39,219 nucleotides of DNA from an uncultured Eubacteriales bacterium (GTDB taxonomy: Bacteria; Bacillota; Clostridia; Oscillospirales; CAG-272), in the NCBI GenBank assembly GCA_934477985.1, contig CAKSOR010000001.1:1-39219 (forward strand). Direction: 5' to 3'. The position numbers and the translations under genes were made by a program. How positions within the stretch are numbered: the first letter of the stretch is position 1; every line of letters begins with the position of its first letter. The notes under the pieces were generated by a model that was not told where the DNA came from, made no database searches, and saw nothing but the letters and a program-made list of their open reading frames with translations. Below, piece after piece: positions 15,690-24,431 of the stretch.

Positions 15690-16571
15690 ATGGGGGACAA
15701 AATGGAAGACAGAAAAATGACCGATTCCGAGCTCACGGCTGAGCTTGGGAAGCTGAAAACCATCTCTCTTGTCGCGACCGTGTTCGTCTATCTGCTCGGC
15801 GCGCTGATGATTGTGATGTTCATCACCGGAAACACCGTGCCGGCGTTCGTGCTGCTGGTGCTTGCGTTTGTCGCGGGCTGGTTCAAAATAAGCTCCGACA
15901 AGAGGATAAAAAAGCTCACCGGCGACAACCTGATGAGCTCAATACTCACCGACACCTTCGGCGAGTACAAATATCTCCCGCACGGACACCTGAGTGTCGA
16001 CGCGGTAAAGAGCGCCGGGCTCGACCTGCCCGAGTTCAACGAGGCGGGCGGAAGCGACTACCTCAAAGCCGTCTGGAAGGGACTGCCGATCGAGCTCTCG
16101 AACATACAGCTGGACCTCGCCGACTCGATAATCGACGCCGACGGAAACAATCAGGAGCGCCGCAAGAACATCTTCACCGGCGTCTGGATGATCTGCGACA
16201 CCGGAAGGAAATCCGAAGCCGGCGTCCGCGTCACCGAGCGCTCAAAGTCCGGCAAGGGCGGTATCCGCACCGAGAACGAGGAGTTCAACGCGCGCTTCAA
16301 TGTCGCGTCTGAAAGTGAGCTCGAGGCGTTCAGAGTCCTGACGCCGCACATGATGGAGCGGATAATGAAAGTGAGCGGCGGCGCTGACAAGCTGCATATC
16401 TCCTTCCTCGCCGACGGAAAAGTGCATATCGCGCTCGAGGGCAAACAGTTCTTCGGGCTCGGCAAGGGCGCTCCGGACGTTTCGAAGCTGCGCGAAAAAT
16501 TCACGTCCGAGCTCGGCGGGCTGACCGGGATAATCGACGAACTCGGGCTCTGCGAAAGAAAGGACGGCTGA
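15690..16571 (+). CDS. DUF3137 domain membrane protein (about 290 aa)
   Basis: Two TM helices, then FGEYKYLPHGHLSVDAVKSAGLDLPEFNEAGGSDYLKAVWKGLPIELSNIQL...NIFTGVWMICDTGRK...NEEFNARFNVASESELEAFRVLTPHMMERI. The start is ambiguous: ATG 15690, 15702 (GGGGGA upstream) or 15717. Confidence 0.8.
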   Translation: MGDKMEDRKMTDSELTAELGKLKTISLVATVFVYLLGALMIVMFITGNTVPAFVLLVLAFVAGWFKISSDKRIKKLTGDNLMSSILTDTFGEYKYLPHGHLSVDAVKSAGLDLPEFNEAGGSDYLKAVWKGLPIELSNIQLDLADSIIDADGNNQERRKNIFTGVWMICDTGRKSEAGVRVTERSKSGKGGIRTENEEFNARFNVASESELEAFRVLTPHMMERIMKVSGGADKLHISFLADGKVHIALEGKQFFGLGKGAPDVSKLREKFTSELGGLTGIIDELGLCERKDG

Positions 16572-16572
16572 A

Positions 16573-16755
16573 ATGACATTCCAGACCTCACTCATAATCT
16601 TCATCGCCGCGATAGTGAGCGTTATACTCACGGCGGTTTTCAGAAAGAACCTCGGTCGGGCGTTCCTGCCGGGCGTCATAATAAGCGCGGTTATAGCGCT
16701 CGCGGCGCTTATCTACATGCTGCTGACGATCATCCTAGTCGGCGGCGTCGATTAG
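16573..16755 (+). CDS. 60-aa two-TM hydrophobic peptide
   Basis: Its ATG lies 1 nt after the preceding stop. The sequence is almost entirely two hydrophobic helices. It is the only CDS in the window ending in TAG, and that stop lies inside the left arm of the inverted repeat. Confidence 0.5.
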   Translation: MTFQTSLIIFIAAIVSVILTAVFRKNLGRAFLPGVIISAVIALAALIYMLLTIILVGGVD

Positions 16756-16847
16756 ATCTGTTCGATAACCCGACTTTAGCGTATGAAAATGGCGATGAAA
16801 TCGACATTTTCATTTACAATTCGGGAGGGTTATCGAACAGATCTAAT
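16753..16847. repeat. 95-nt rod-like inverted repeat (perfect 20-bp outer arms with nested inner stems)
   Basis: TTAGATCTGTTCGATAACCC (16753-16772) is the exact reverse complement of 16828-16847. Nested inside are ATGAAAATG (16784-16792) / CATTTTCAT (16806-16814) and CGAT/ATCG (16794-16797 / 16801-16804) around a GAA loop. Confidence 0.9.
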
Positions 16848-16859
16848 AAACACAAAAAG

Positions 16860-16893
16860 GCTCTGCCGGGATTCCGACAGAGCCGATTTTTTG
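16860..16893. terminator. Bidirectional rho-independent terminator
   Basis: GGCTCTG (16860-16866) / CAGAGCC (16879-16885) stem. An A-run lies upstream (CACAAAAAG) and TTTTTT lies downstream (16888-16893). It sits between convergent genes. Confidence 0.65.
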
Positions 16894-16929
16894 TCGCCGT
16901 GATGACGTCATTCGCGGTAGCGCCGCGGT

Positions 16930-18738
16930 TTATTTGAGGATAACCGAGTAAATCCCGGCTTTTTCAGCGCCGTACGCCCCGAGCGGAATCAGTCTGATGC
17001 GCTTTACCTCAGTGCCGAGCGGGAGCTTCCAGAGCCGCTTGTAGTTCTCGTCTACCTTCACGACCGACTTGAATTCCCCGCTTCCGTCGTCGACAAGAAC
17101 CTCGAACGACTTTAAGAGCGTGTCCGGCAGGTGCGCGAATTTCTCGTCGAGCTGGCGGTTGCAGCGCATCGGATAGTCCTTCGCCTGCCAGTAGACGCCC
17201 TCCTCGAAGCTGTCGCGGTTGAGGTCGCTGTCAAATATGAAGCGCACCTCGTCCGGCTTTCTGACCTCAGGGAAGATAATGTCGAGGCTGTCGCCGAAGT
17301 CCATCACGAGCTTGTGGTCAACGCCGTCGACAACGCGGTCGAGTCCGTCAAAGAGGATTCCGGCGTCGGTCGCCTTATCGCCCGAGATAACCTCGGCTCT
17401 CGCGCCCTCCGACATCGGCGTCAGAGCGCGGCTCGAGAACGGAAGCCAGCAGTCGTCCTCCATCAGGGTCTGGCGGAGCTCGCCGATGTGCGACTCATAG
17501 ATTCCGCGCGGCGAGGTGCCGTATCTTATCGCCATAGCAGCCGCCGTGCCCATCGCCTGACCGAGCGTGGAGCAGGTGCCCATGACGCGGCAGGACGACA
17601 TCGCGGTGTGCGTGCAGGAGATGTTGCGCCCCGAGAACATCAGGTTGTCGATATTCTTCGAGTACAGGCAGCGGTAGGGGATTCCGAACGGCGACGGAGC
17701 GGGATGGAATATCGTCGGGCGCTCCTTCGTGCCGAAGCCGTCGGGATTGTGGTCGTCCATCGACCAGCCGCCGTAGGCTATGAGGTCGTCGAAGTGCCCG
17801 CCCTCGCGGACGTCGCTCTGCTTTAAGATGTAGTCGCCGACATATCTGCGGCTCTCGCGCTTTCCGGGCAGGAATCCGACCCAGTCGAGCTCCCAGTTCT
17901 TCGCGTCGTAGTGACCCGAATTCTTGTAGAAATCCCAGACGCCGAAGGTGATCTTCAGAAGCTCGTGGCGCAGGGTCTCGGTGTCGGCGATCGAGTCGAC
18001 GTTGCCGCCGAGCTCGATCCACCAGAAGTTGTCGCCCTTGAACGCGAGCGGGTTCTTGAGGTTCACGCGGTGCGAGATAGTCTCGTCGGTGAACTTTGTC
18101 GCCCAGTCTGGCGCTTTGTAAGGCACTTCGCGGTCGGTCTCGCGCACCTGCATAAGGCAGGACATTCCCATCGTCTTGTTGTCCGAGACCTCGGGCGCGA
18201 TGTCCTCGCCGAACTCGTCGCGCGCCTCGCGTCCCATCCTGAATTCCGCGCCGGTAAGCGGGGCTAAAACGCTGTCGCCCGAGCAGTCGCAGAATATCTT
18301 CGCCTTCACCTCGTGGAACTTCTGAGTCGTCGTCTGCCAGCCCTTTATCGAGCTTACAGTGTTTTTGTCCATCACGGCGTCAAGGCAAGAGCAGTTGAGA
18401 ATCAGCTCAACGTTCGGCTCGTTCAAAAGGAGCTCGTAGGTGACGCTGTCCCAGATCGAGAAGTTGAGCGTCGGGTTGCGCCTCAGGTTCATCAGCGCGA
18501 GCTCCTCGGTGATGCCCGACTCGTTTCTGTCGCGGCCGCGCGCGCCGCGTATCCACATTCTTATCTCGCTCGAGGCGTTTCCGCCGACGACCGGGCGGTC
18601 GTGCATGACGACGACTTTCGCCCCGTGGCGCGCCGCCGCGGTCGCCGCGAAGAGTCCAGCCGCGCCCGCGCCGATTATACAGATGTCGGCTTCATGCTTT
18701 ATCGTTTCGAATCCGAATATTTCACTCTTATGTATCAT
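16930..18738 (-). CDS. FAD-dependent oxidoreductase (FAD_oxidored / PF12831-like), 602 aa
   Basis: Track ORF trimmed to Met47. Rossmann dinucleotide motif ADICIIGAGAAGLFAATAAARHGAKVVVMHDRPVVGGNASSE. No good RBS precedes this ATG, so the start is uncertain (an alternative TTG is at 18777). Confidence 0.8.
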   Translation of the reverse strand: MIHKSEIFGFETIKHEADICIIGAGAAGLFAATAAARHGAKVVVMHDRPVVGGNASSEIRMWIRGARGRDRNESGITEELALMNLRRNPTLNFSIWDSVTYELLLNEPNVELILNCSCLDAVMDKNTVSSIKGWQTTTQKFHEVKAKIFCDCSGDSVLAPLTGAEFRMGREARDEFGEDIAPEVSDNKTMGMSCLMQVRETDREVPYKAPDWATKFTDETISHRVNLKNPLAFKGDNFWWIELGGNVDSIADTETLRHELLKITFGVWDFYKNSGHYDAKNWELDWVGFLPGKRESRRYVGDYILKQSDVREGGHFDDLIAYGGWSMDDHNPDGFGTKERPTIFHPAPSPFGIPYRCLYSKNIDNLMFSGRNISCTHTAMSSCRVMGTCSTLGQAMGTAAAMAIRYGTSPRGIYESHIGELRQTLMEDDCWLPFSSRALTPMSEGARAEVISGDKATDAGILFDGLDRVVDGVDHKLVMDFGDSLDIIFPEVRKPDEVRFIFDSDLNRDSFEEGVYWQAKDYPMRCNRQLDEKFAHLPDTLLKSFEVLVDDGSGEFKSVVKVDENYKRLWKLPLGTEVKRIRLIPLGAYGAEKAGIYSVILK

Positions 18739-18792
18739 CTTGATTTGCAGGAATTTGATACCCCGCGTTCCTTTCAAAATATCTTCGATAAT

Positions 18793-18821
18793 AGTATAGC
18801 CTGTTTTTTCCGATTTGTCAA
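18793..18821 (-). promoter_or_regulatory. Promoter of the FAD oxidoreductase gene: TTGACA (18821-18816), 17 nt, TATACT (18798-18793)
   Basis: Read on the reverse complement. Confidence 0.55.
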
Positions 18822-18830
18822 GGCTTTTGG

Positions 18831-18870
18831 TGAAAATAAATATGCGGAAGAGAAAAATTCTTCCGCATAT
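18831..18870 (-). terminator. Rho-independent terminator ending the 10-gene minus-strand operon
   Basis: Perfect 12-bp stem ATATGCGGAAGA (18840-18851) / TCTTCCGCATAT (18859-18870) with a 7-nt loop. On the minus strand it is followed by TTTATTTTCA. Confidence 0.7.
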
Positions 18871-18910
18871 TATCAATATTCAGCAAAGCACCTTCAATTT
18901 TCTGCAAAGC

Positions 18911-19726
18911 TCACAGAAAGAGCCCGAGCTGAAGGTATGCCGAGCCGGTCTCGCCGGGACGCGGCTGAAGGTCGATCTGCACGCAGTAGAAGCCGTTGTT
19001 GACATACGCGACGCGGTCGACTCCGGCGACCCGGTCGGGAGTCAGGCAGAGTGTCAGCGCCTCTCCGGCGTCGTCCTCGGCTTTCAGGGTCAGCGCCCTG
19101 CCGTCGTAGCCGATCTCGTTCACATAGACGGCGTGCGCCATCGGGTCCTGCACCCGCTCGTTGAGGGTCAGCATGACCATCGCCTCGTCGGGATCGGAGG
19201 TCGCGTCGTAGACCGCCATCGCCGAGTCGCAGAACCAGCCGAGCGTGTCGAGGTCGTAGATTCCGGTGAAAAGGCGGTTCAGACCGATGTCGAAAGCCTT
19301 GTAGCTCTCGTCGTCCGAACGGTGATCCTGCGCCTTCTTCTCGTCGCGCGGGATCGTAAGGAAGGACAGCCGCACGACATAGCGGTCGGGCTCGTCCTCG
19401 GTGAGCCTCGGATAGACCTCGCAAGCCGTCTCGACCTCGAGAGTGTAGACGTAGTAGTCGTTCGAGACCGGGCGGACCGAGACGACGTTCTCCTCGGTGA
19501 AGGCGGCGCAGTTCCAGTTCTCGTCGGCGATCGTCACTCCGCAGCAGGAGCAGGTGTAGATATACGGCGCGATGAAGGGTCGACCGCCGTCAGCGTCGGT
19601 CATCACGCAAGCCGACTTCGCCCCGCGGAAGAGCTCGCAGAGCTGCTCGAAGCCCTCGTAGTCGCGCGTTGACCAGAACACCCGGTCGACCATCTCATGG
19701 TTCTTAGCGTTCTCCATAGAACTCAT
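18911..19726 (-). CDS. Hypothetical cytoplasmic protein (271 aa), no family recognised
   Basis: ATGA overlap with the upstream trigger-factor-like gene, with GGAAAGG upstream. The amino-acid composition is realistic (Y, F, N, C, W), unlike the Arg/Val-rich antisense ORF 18815..19672. Contains YTCSCCGVTIADENWNC. Confidence 0.7.
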   Translation of the reverse strand: MSSMENAKNHEMVDRVFWSTRDYEGFEQLCELFRGAKSACVMTDADGGRPFIAPYIYTCSCCGVTIADENWNCAAFTEENVVSVRPVSNDYYVYTLEVETACEVYPRLTEDEPDRYVVRLSFLTIPRDEKKAQDHRSDDESYKAFDIGLNRLFTGIYDLDTLGWFCDSAMAVYDATSDPDEAMVMLTLNERVQDPMAHAVYVNEIGYDGRALTLKAEDDAGEALTLCLTPDRVAGVDRVAYVNNGFYCVQIDLQPRPGETGSAYLQLGLFL

Positions 19727-20775
19727 TTCGCCTTTCCGTTCACGATGACGAAGTCGGGGAGCTTGGTCTGGAAGAGCACGTACTGCTTGATATAGGGCTT
19801 GCCGTACTCGTCGAACTGCGTCTGGGTGAAGCCCTCAGCCTCAAGATCGGCGTCCGATACCGTGATGCCCTCGATCTCGGCGATCGCCTGAGCCGCGAGA
19901 TACTGCGTAGCCGCCGCCTCGTAGCTCTCCATGTTGCCGTCGATATAAGCCTGCTTTGACTCGTAGCCGTAGAACTGCACAAGCACCTGCTCAACGGTCA
20001 TGCCGGTCATCGTCGCGTAGTAATCATATCGCGAGAGATCCTCCTCGACGATATAGTCGATGACGCTCTGCGGGAGATCGGAGACGGTCGCGTCGGCGAG
20101 GAGATTCCAGAAGAACTCGTTCTTCTGCTTCTCGACAACCCACTCCTCGATATTCTCGATGAGCGCCTCGGGCGTGTCGAAGCCGTAGCTCGACGCGATC
20201 TCGGCTGTCAGTTCAGCCTTGATGTAATCGCCCTGAATATAGTTTATCGTCGTCACGAAAACCGCGTCCTTTCCGGCGAGATCGGGATTGTTCTCGTAGG
20301 GAGTCGGGAAAGTGACCTCGACATTTATAGTCTCGCCCGGCTTGTGACCGATCAGCTGCTCTAAGAAGTCGTCGATATACGAGGTTTCGCCGATCGTGAC
20401 GTCAGTGCCCGCGCCCTGAGTCGTTCCGCCCTCGAACTCAACGCCGTCGACCGAGCCGACATAGTCGATGTTGACGGTGTCGCCGTCAGCGACCGCGCGG
20501 TCGGTGATGCGCTCGTAGGTCGAGAAGTTAGCGAGAACCGAGTCGAGCTGGGTCTGAACCTCCTCCTCGGAGGCGATCAGGATGTCCGCGTCGTACTCCG
20601 CGCCCTTGTAGGTCGGGAGAGTGACGATATCAGAGGCTTTGACGCCCTTGAAGAAGCCGTTTTCGTCGAGTCCGTCGCTCGGGGTGGTGGTCGTGTCGGT
20701 CTTTCCGCAGGCAAAGAGCTGCGCGCCGACGAGGGTCAGGGCTAAGAGAGCCGAGACAGGTTTTAAAAGTTTCAT
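19723..20775 (-). CDS. Trigger-factor-like lipoprotein (FKBP-type PPIase domain plus TF C-terminal domain, lipobox in place of the ribosome-binding domain)
   Basis: AAGGAG RBS. Signal and lipobox MKLLKPVSALLALTLVGAQLFACG. DGDTVNIDYVGSVDGVEFEGGTTQGAGTDVTIGETSYIDDFLEQLIGHKPGETINVEVTFPTPYENNPDLAGKDAVFVTTIN aligns by eye with the E. coli Tig PPIase segment (DRVTIDFTGSVDGEEFEGG...[43 protein letters not shown]). Confidence 0.85.
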   Translation of the reverse strand: MKLLKPVSALLALTLVGAQLFACGKTDTTTTPSDGLDENGFFKGVKASDIVTLPTYKGAEYDADILIASEEEVQTQLDSVLANFSTYERITDRAVADGDTVNIDYVGSVDGVEFEGGTTQGAGTDVTIGETSYIDDFLEQLIGHKPGETINVEVTFPTPYENNPDLAGKDAVFVTTINYIQGDYIKAELTAEIASSYGFDTPEALIENIEEWVVEKQKNEFFWNLLADATVSDLPQSVIDYIVEEDLSRYDYYATMTGMTVEQVLVQFYGYESKQAYIDGNMESYEAAATQYLAAQAIAEIEGITVSDADLEAEGFTQTQFDEYGKPYIKQYVLFQTKLPDFVIVNGKAK

Positions 20776-20790
20776 TTTTATCTCCTTAAA

Positions 20791-21672
20791 TTAAAAATTA
20801 TTTTCGTAGTATGGTTCGCAGACCGACGCGAAAACACCGTCCTTCTTGAGGACGTCCGCCGCCCTCTCAGCCGTTTCGCGGTCACTGAATATTCCGAAGA
20901 ACGACGGTCCGCTGCCGCTCATCAGAGCGCCGAGAGCGCCGTTTTCAAGCATCGACGCCTTTATCCCCGCCGCGACCGGTCGGACGGGCAGGACAGCCGA
21001 CTCGAAGATGTTGCCCGCGGCGGCGGCGATCTCCTCCGCTGTTCCGCCGAGCCTTGACGTGAACGCGCTCACATCCGGGCGCTCGGAGAAGTCGTACATC
21101 TCGTCGAGCCGCCGGTAAGCCCAGGGCGTTGAGACACCCTCTCCGCCGCAGGCTATGACGAAATAGCATTCCGGAAGTCTCCGGCAATCCGAAAACTTAT
21201 CGCCGATGCCGCGCGTGACGCTTATCCCGCGCTTTATACAGAACGGAACGTCCGCGCCGAGCCCCGAGCCTATTTCAAAAAGCTCAGCCCGGTCAAACCT
21301 CGTTCCGAAGAGCTCGTTCAGTCCGATCAGCGTCGCGGCGGCGTCGGTGCTTCCGCCGGCGAGTCCGGCTGCGATCGGAATGCGCTTTTCAATCCGCACC
21401 GAAACATTGAAACTGCCGATCCCGGCGGCGCGGAAGAACTCCTGCGCGGCGCGGTAGCAGAGATTGCTCTCATCGCAGGCGAGCGAGTCGACGCTGCACG
21501 AGACTGTTATACGCCTTACGCGTTCCTCTGAATTGAGCCGCTCGATTGTCAGCGTGTCGAAGAGCGTGACAGTCTGCATGACGCTCTCGATGTCGTGGTA
21601 GCCGTCCGGGCGCTTTGAGGCGATGTCGAGCCAGAGATTTATCTTCGCCGGGGCTTTTAGTGTTATCTCCAT
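20791..21672 (-). CDS. ispE: 4-diphosphocytidyl-2-C-methyl-D-erythritol kinase
   Basis: Track ORF trimmed to Met64 (293 aa), which lies 2 nt after the upstream stop. KAPAKINLWLDI...RPDGYHDIESVMQTVTLFDTL and the GHMP-kinase loop IPIAAGLAGGSTDAAA. Confidence 0.9.
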   Translation of the reverse strand: MEITLKAPAKINLWLDIASKRPDGYHDIESVMQTVTLFDTLTIERLNSEERVRRITVSCSVDSLACDESNLCYRAAQEFFRAAGIGSFNVSVRIEKRIPIAAGLAGGSTDAAATLIGLNELFGTRFDRAELFEIGSGLGADVPFCIKRGISVTRGIGDKFSDCRRLPECYFVIACGGEGVSTPWAYRRLDEMYDFSERPDVSAFTSRLGGTAEEIAAAAGNIFESAVLPVRPVAAGIKASMLENGALGALMSGSGPSFFGIFSDRETAERAADVLKKDGVFASVCEPYYENNF

Positions 21673-21674
21673 CG

Positions 21675-22844
21675 TCAGCCTCCGAGAAGCTTCATGACCG
21701 GGTTCTTCTTTATGACGACCGCCTTTACCGGACAGAGCTCCTGACAGCAGAAGCATTTGATGCAGTCGCGGTCGATGATGTGCGCGTGCTTCTTCGAATC
21801 GCCGACAAGCCCGATCGTCTTCTTCGGACAGCTTCGCGCGCACGCCCCGCAGCCGATACATTTCGCGGTCTCGACAAATGGCTTCGGCTGAAGCCAGCGG
21901 TTCAGCCGTCCGCCGAAGGCTTTAGTGAGGAATGTGAGCGCCGATGTGTCGCCCGCCGAGCTGTCAGGCTTCACGAAATCGCTCACCCGCTCGGGCGCGA
22001 CTCCGATGACTGTCGGCGAGTCGCAGGCGTATCCGCGCTTTTTTGCCTCCTCGAGCATGATGACCTCGTCGAATCCGATCAGCTTCGTTCCGACAATGTC
22101 GACATTGAAAGGGTTGATCCCGGCGATAAGATAGCCGAGTTTCCGCGGCTCGCCGCCGGTCGGACCGTTGCCCTCCATCGCGACGATTCCGTCGAGCAGG
22201 TTGAAGGTCGGCTTGTTCCCGGCGAAGAAAGCGCAGAGGTCGGTCAGCATCGAACCGAAATCGCCGTAATCGGGGAATCTCGCGTGGGTCTCGACTTTCG
22301 CGAGCCCGGGGATTGAGCCGAAATAATTCTTGACCGCGCCGCTGAATTTAGTCAGCGCGTGGCTCTTGAGCTTCGCCAGATTGACGATGACGTCGGCGTC
22401 GAGGAGCGGGGTTATCAGCTCGAAGCCGTGCGCGGTCTTCGCGTCGGGGAGCGCGACCTCTCGGCTTGATGTGTCGGTATTCAGCCTGACGCCGTACTTT
22501 TCGGCGACCGGGGTGATTTGGCAGGCATTGTAGAAGCCCTTCAGCGCCGACTCGGTGTAGAGTCCTGGCGGACTCTCGGCGATCAGAATATCGGCGGCGG
22601 AGTCCTTCAGAACGCGTATCATCGCCTCGAGGACAGCCGGATGAGTCGTCGCGGCGGCGTCGGGCGATTTCTTCATGACGAGGTTCGGCTTGATTACAAC
22701 CCTTTTGCCGTCGAACATTCCGGAAAGCCCGAGCTCCTTTAATTGTCCGCGGATGGTCGACTCAATCAGACCGACATCGTATCCGCCGACCCTCGCGAGC
22801 GCGACCGGCTCGTTTTTGTCGATTCCTTTTGTAAATTCCATCAC
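21675..22844 (-). CDS. DUF362 domain protein with C-terminal 2x[4Fe-4S] ferredoxin domain
   Basis: 389 aa with an ATGA overlap with nadB. KRVVIKPNLVMKKSP is typical of DUF362. The C-terminus has CIGCGACARSCP and CIKCFCCQELCP. Confidence 0.85.
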   Translation of the reverse strand: MMEFTKGIDKNEPVALARVGGYDVGLIESTIRGQLKELGLSGMFDGKRVVIKPNLVMKKSPDAAATTHPAVLEAMIRVLKDSAADILIAESPPGLYTESALKGFYNACQITPVAEKYGVRLNTDTSSREVALPDAKTAHGFELITPLLDADVIVNLAKLKSHALTKFSGAVKNYFGSIPGLAKVETHARFPDYGDFGSMLTDLCAFFAGNKPTFNLLDGIVAMEGNGPTGGEPRKLGYLIAGINPFNVDIVGTKLIGFDEVIMLEEAKKRGYACDSPTVIGVAPERVSDFVKPDSSAGDTSALTFLTKAFGGRLNRWLQPKPFVETAKCIGCGACARSCPKKTIGLVGDSKKHAHIIDRDCIKCFCCQELCPVKAVVIKKNPVMKLLGG

Positions 22845-24397
22845 TCAGCGTCGGGCTCGATATAGTGAGCGCCGACCGACTCCTTTCGGTTTATCGCTCC
22901 TGTGAGTATGCAGTCAGCCGCCGTCGCCATCGAATATAGCTCATATCCCGCGCGGCTGTCGAGCCTGAGCCCGTCGAGCTCGTCTATGAGCGAGTCGACA
23001 TAAGCCTTGCCGTGAGCCATGCCCTTCGGCGTCCGGACGGCGTTCGCGTCAGCCGTCATGACAGAGCGGAGTTCGGCGCGCTTCGAGACGTAATACTCAG
23101 CCGGGCGTGACTCGCCGTCCGAGAGCGGCTCGATCGAGACGGCAAGCTCGTAGTCATCGGGCGAGCGGAAGTCCGAGACGACCTTTTTAGCGGCTCTGCG
23201 CCCGAAGACCAGACACTCGAGCATCGAGTTGCTTGCGAGCCGGTTTCCGCCGTGGATTCCGGTCCACGCGCACTCACCGCAGGCATAGAGACCGCGGATG
23301 TTCGTCTGACCGTCGAGGTCGGTGTTTATGCCGCCCATCAGATAGTGCTGAGCCGGGCGCACCGGGATTTTGTCGTACGGCACGTTTATCCCGAACTTAC
23401 GGCACTCGCCGAAGATCGTCGGGAAGCGCTTCGAGAAGAACCCCTCGTCCATCGACGAGACATCGAGCCAGACCTGATCGTCTCCGACGCGGCGCATCTC
23501 CTTTATTATCTCGCGGGTGACGATGTCGCGCGGCGCGAGGTCTGCGAGCGGGTGCTTACCCTGCATGAAAGCCTCGCCGAGGTGATTTTTCAGTATTCCG
23601 CCCTCGCCGCGGACAGCCTCGGAGATGAGAAATCTCCGCTCAATCTGCCCCGACTGCGGGGTCATCGTCGTCGGGTGGAACTGCACGAACTCCATGTTGA
23701 CGACCTCAGCCCCGGCGCGTTTTGCCGCCGCGATTCCGTCGCCGACCGCGCCCTGAGGGTTGGTCGTGTGCTCATAGAGCGCGCCGATTCCGCCGGTCGC
23801 CAAAATTATATTCGGGCACTTGACAAGCGCCGGTTTGCCGTCCGAGACGACTATCGCGCCGGTGACGCCGTTTTGGTCGGTCAGCAGGTCGACAAGATAG
23901 GTGTCGGACATTATGTCAATGTCGCCGCGCGCCTCGACTATCTCGGCGAGTCGCTTTGTGGTCTCGCGTCCGGTCGCGTCGCCGCCGCAGTGAACGATAC
24001 GACGGCAGGAATGTCCGCCCTCGCGGGTGATCATCAGCTCGCCCTCGGGGTTCGTGTCGAACGGAACGCGCCAGTCTACGAGCTCGCGGATATTCTCGGG
24101 TCCTTCGCGGACAAGGGTCTCGACGGCTTTGAGATCGCAGAGACCCGCGCCGGCTTTCAGCGTGTCCTCGACATGCGACGAGAACTTATCGCCGGGGTCG
24201 ATGACGGCGGCGATTCCGCCCTGCGCCAGCCATGAATTAGAGCGGTCGATTGCGGCTTTGGTCACAAGACAGACCCGATAGCGCCGCGGGATGTGCAGAG
24301 CGGCGTAGAGTCCGGCGATTCCGCTGCCGATCACGAGCACATCGCAGGTCTTTTGTGTGAGTCCGGCGGTCGCGCCGGAGTAAATATATCTTCTCAA
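22841..24397 (-). CDS. nadB: L-aspartate oxidase
   Basis: 518 aa. DVLVIGSGIAGLYAAL, SNSWLAQGGIAAV, MEFVQFHPTT, ISEAVRGEGGIL, GLYACGECAWTGIHGGNRLASNSMLECLVFG. Confidence 0.92.
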   Translation of the reverse strand: MRRYIYSGATAGLTQKTCDVLVIGSGIAGLYAALHIPRRYRVCLVTKAAIDRSNSWLAQGGIAAVIDPGDKFSSHVEDTLKAGAGLCDLKAVETLVREGPENIRELVDWRVPFDTNPEGELMITREGGHSCRRIVHCGGDATGRETTKRLAEIVEARGDIDIMSDTYLVDLLTDQNGVTGAIVVSDGKPALVKCPNIILATGGIGALYEHTTNPQGAVGDGIAAAKRAGAEVVNMEFVQFHPTTMTPQSGQIERRFLISEAVRGEGGILKNHLGEAFMQGKHPLADLAPRDIVTREIIKEMRRVGDDQVWLDVSSMDEGFFSKRFPTIFGECRKFGINVPYDKIPVRPAQHYLMGGINTDLDGQTNIRGLYACGECAWTGIHGGNRLASNSMLECLVFGRRAAKKVVSDFRSPDDYELAVSIEPLSDGESRPAEYYVSKRAELRSVMTADANAVRTPKGMAHGKAYVDSLIDELDGLRLDSRAGYELYSMATAADCILTGAINRKESVGAHYIEPDAE

Positions 24398-24431
24398 AAT
24401 ACAGTGTCCTTTCGGTTTTGTCGTGTGTCGC

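Noticed and set aside
16784-16903. 38-codon ORF starting inside the 95-nt inverted repeat
   Set aside because: It has no RBS. Its sequence is dictated by the hairpin arms and the terminator stem, so it is most likely non-coding.
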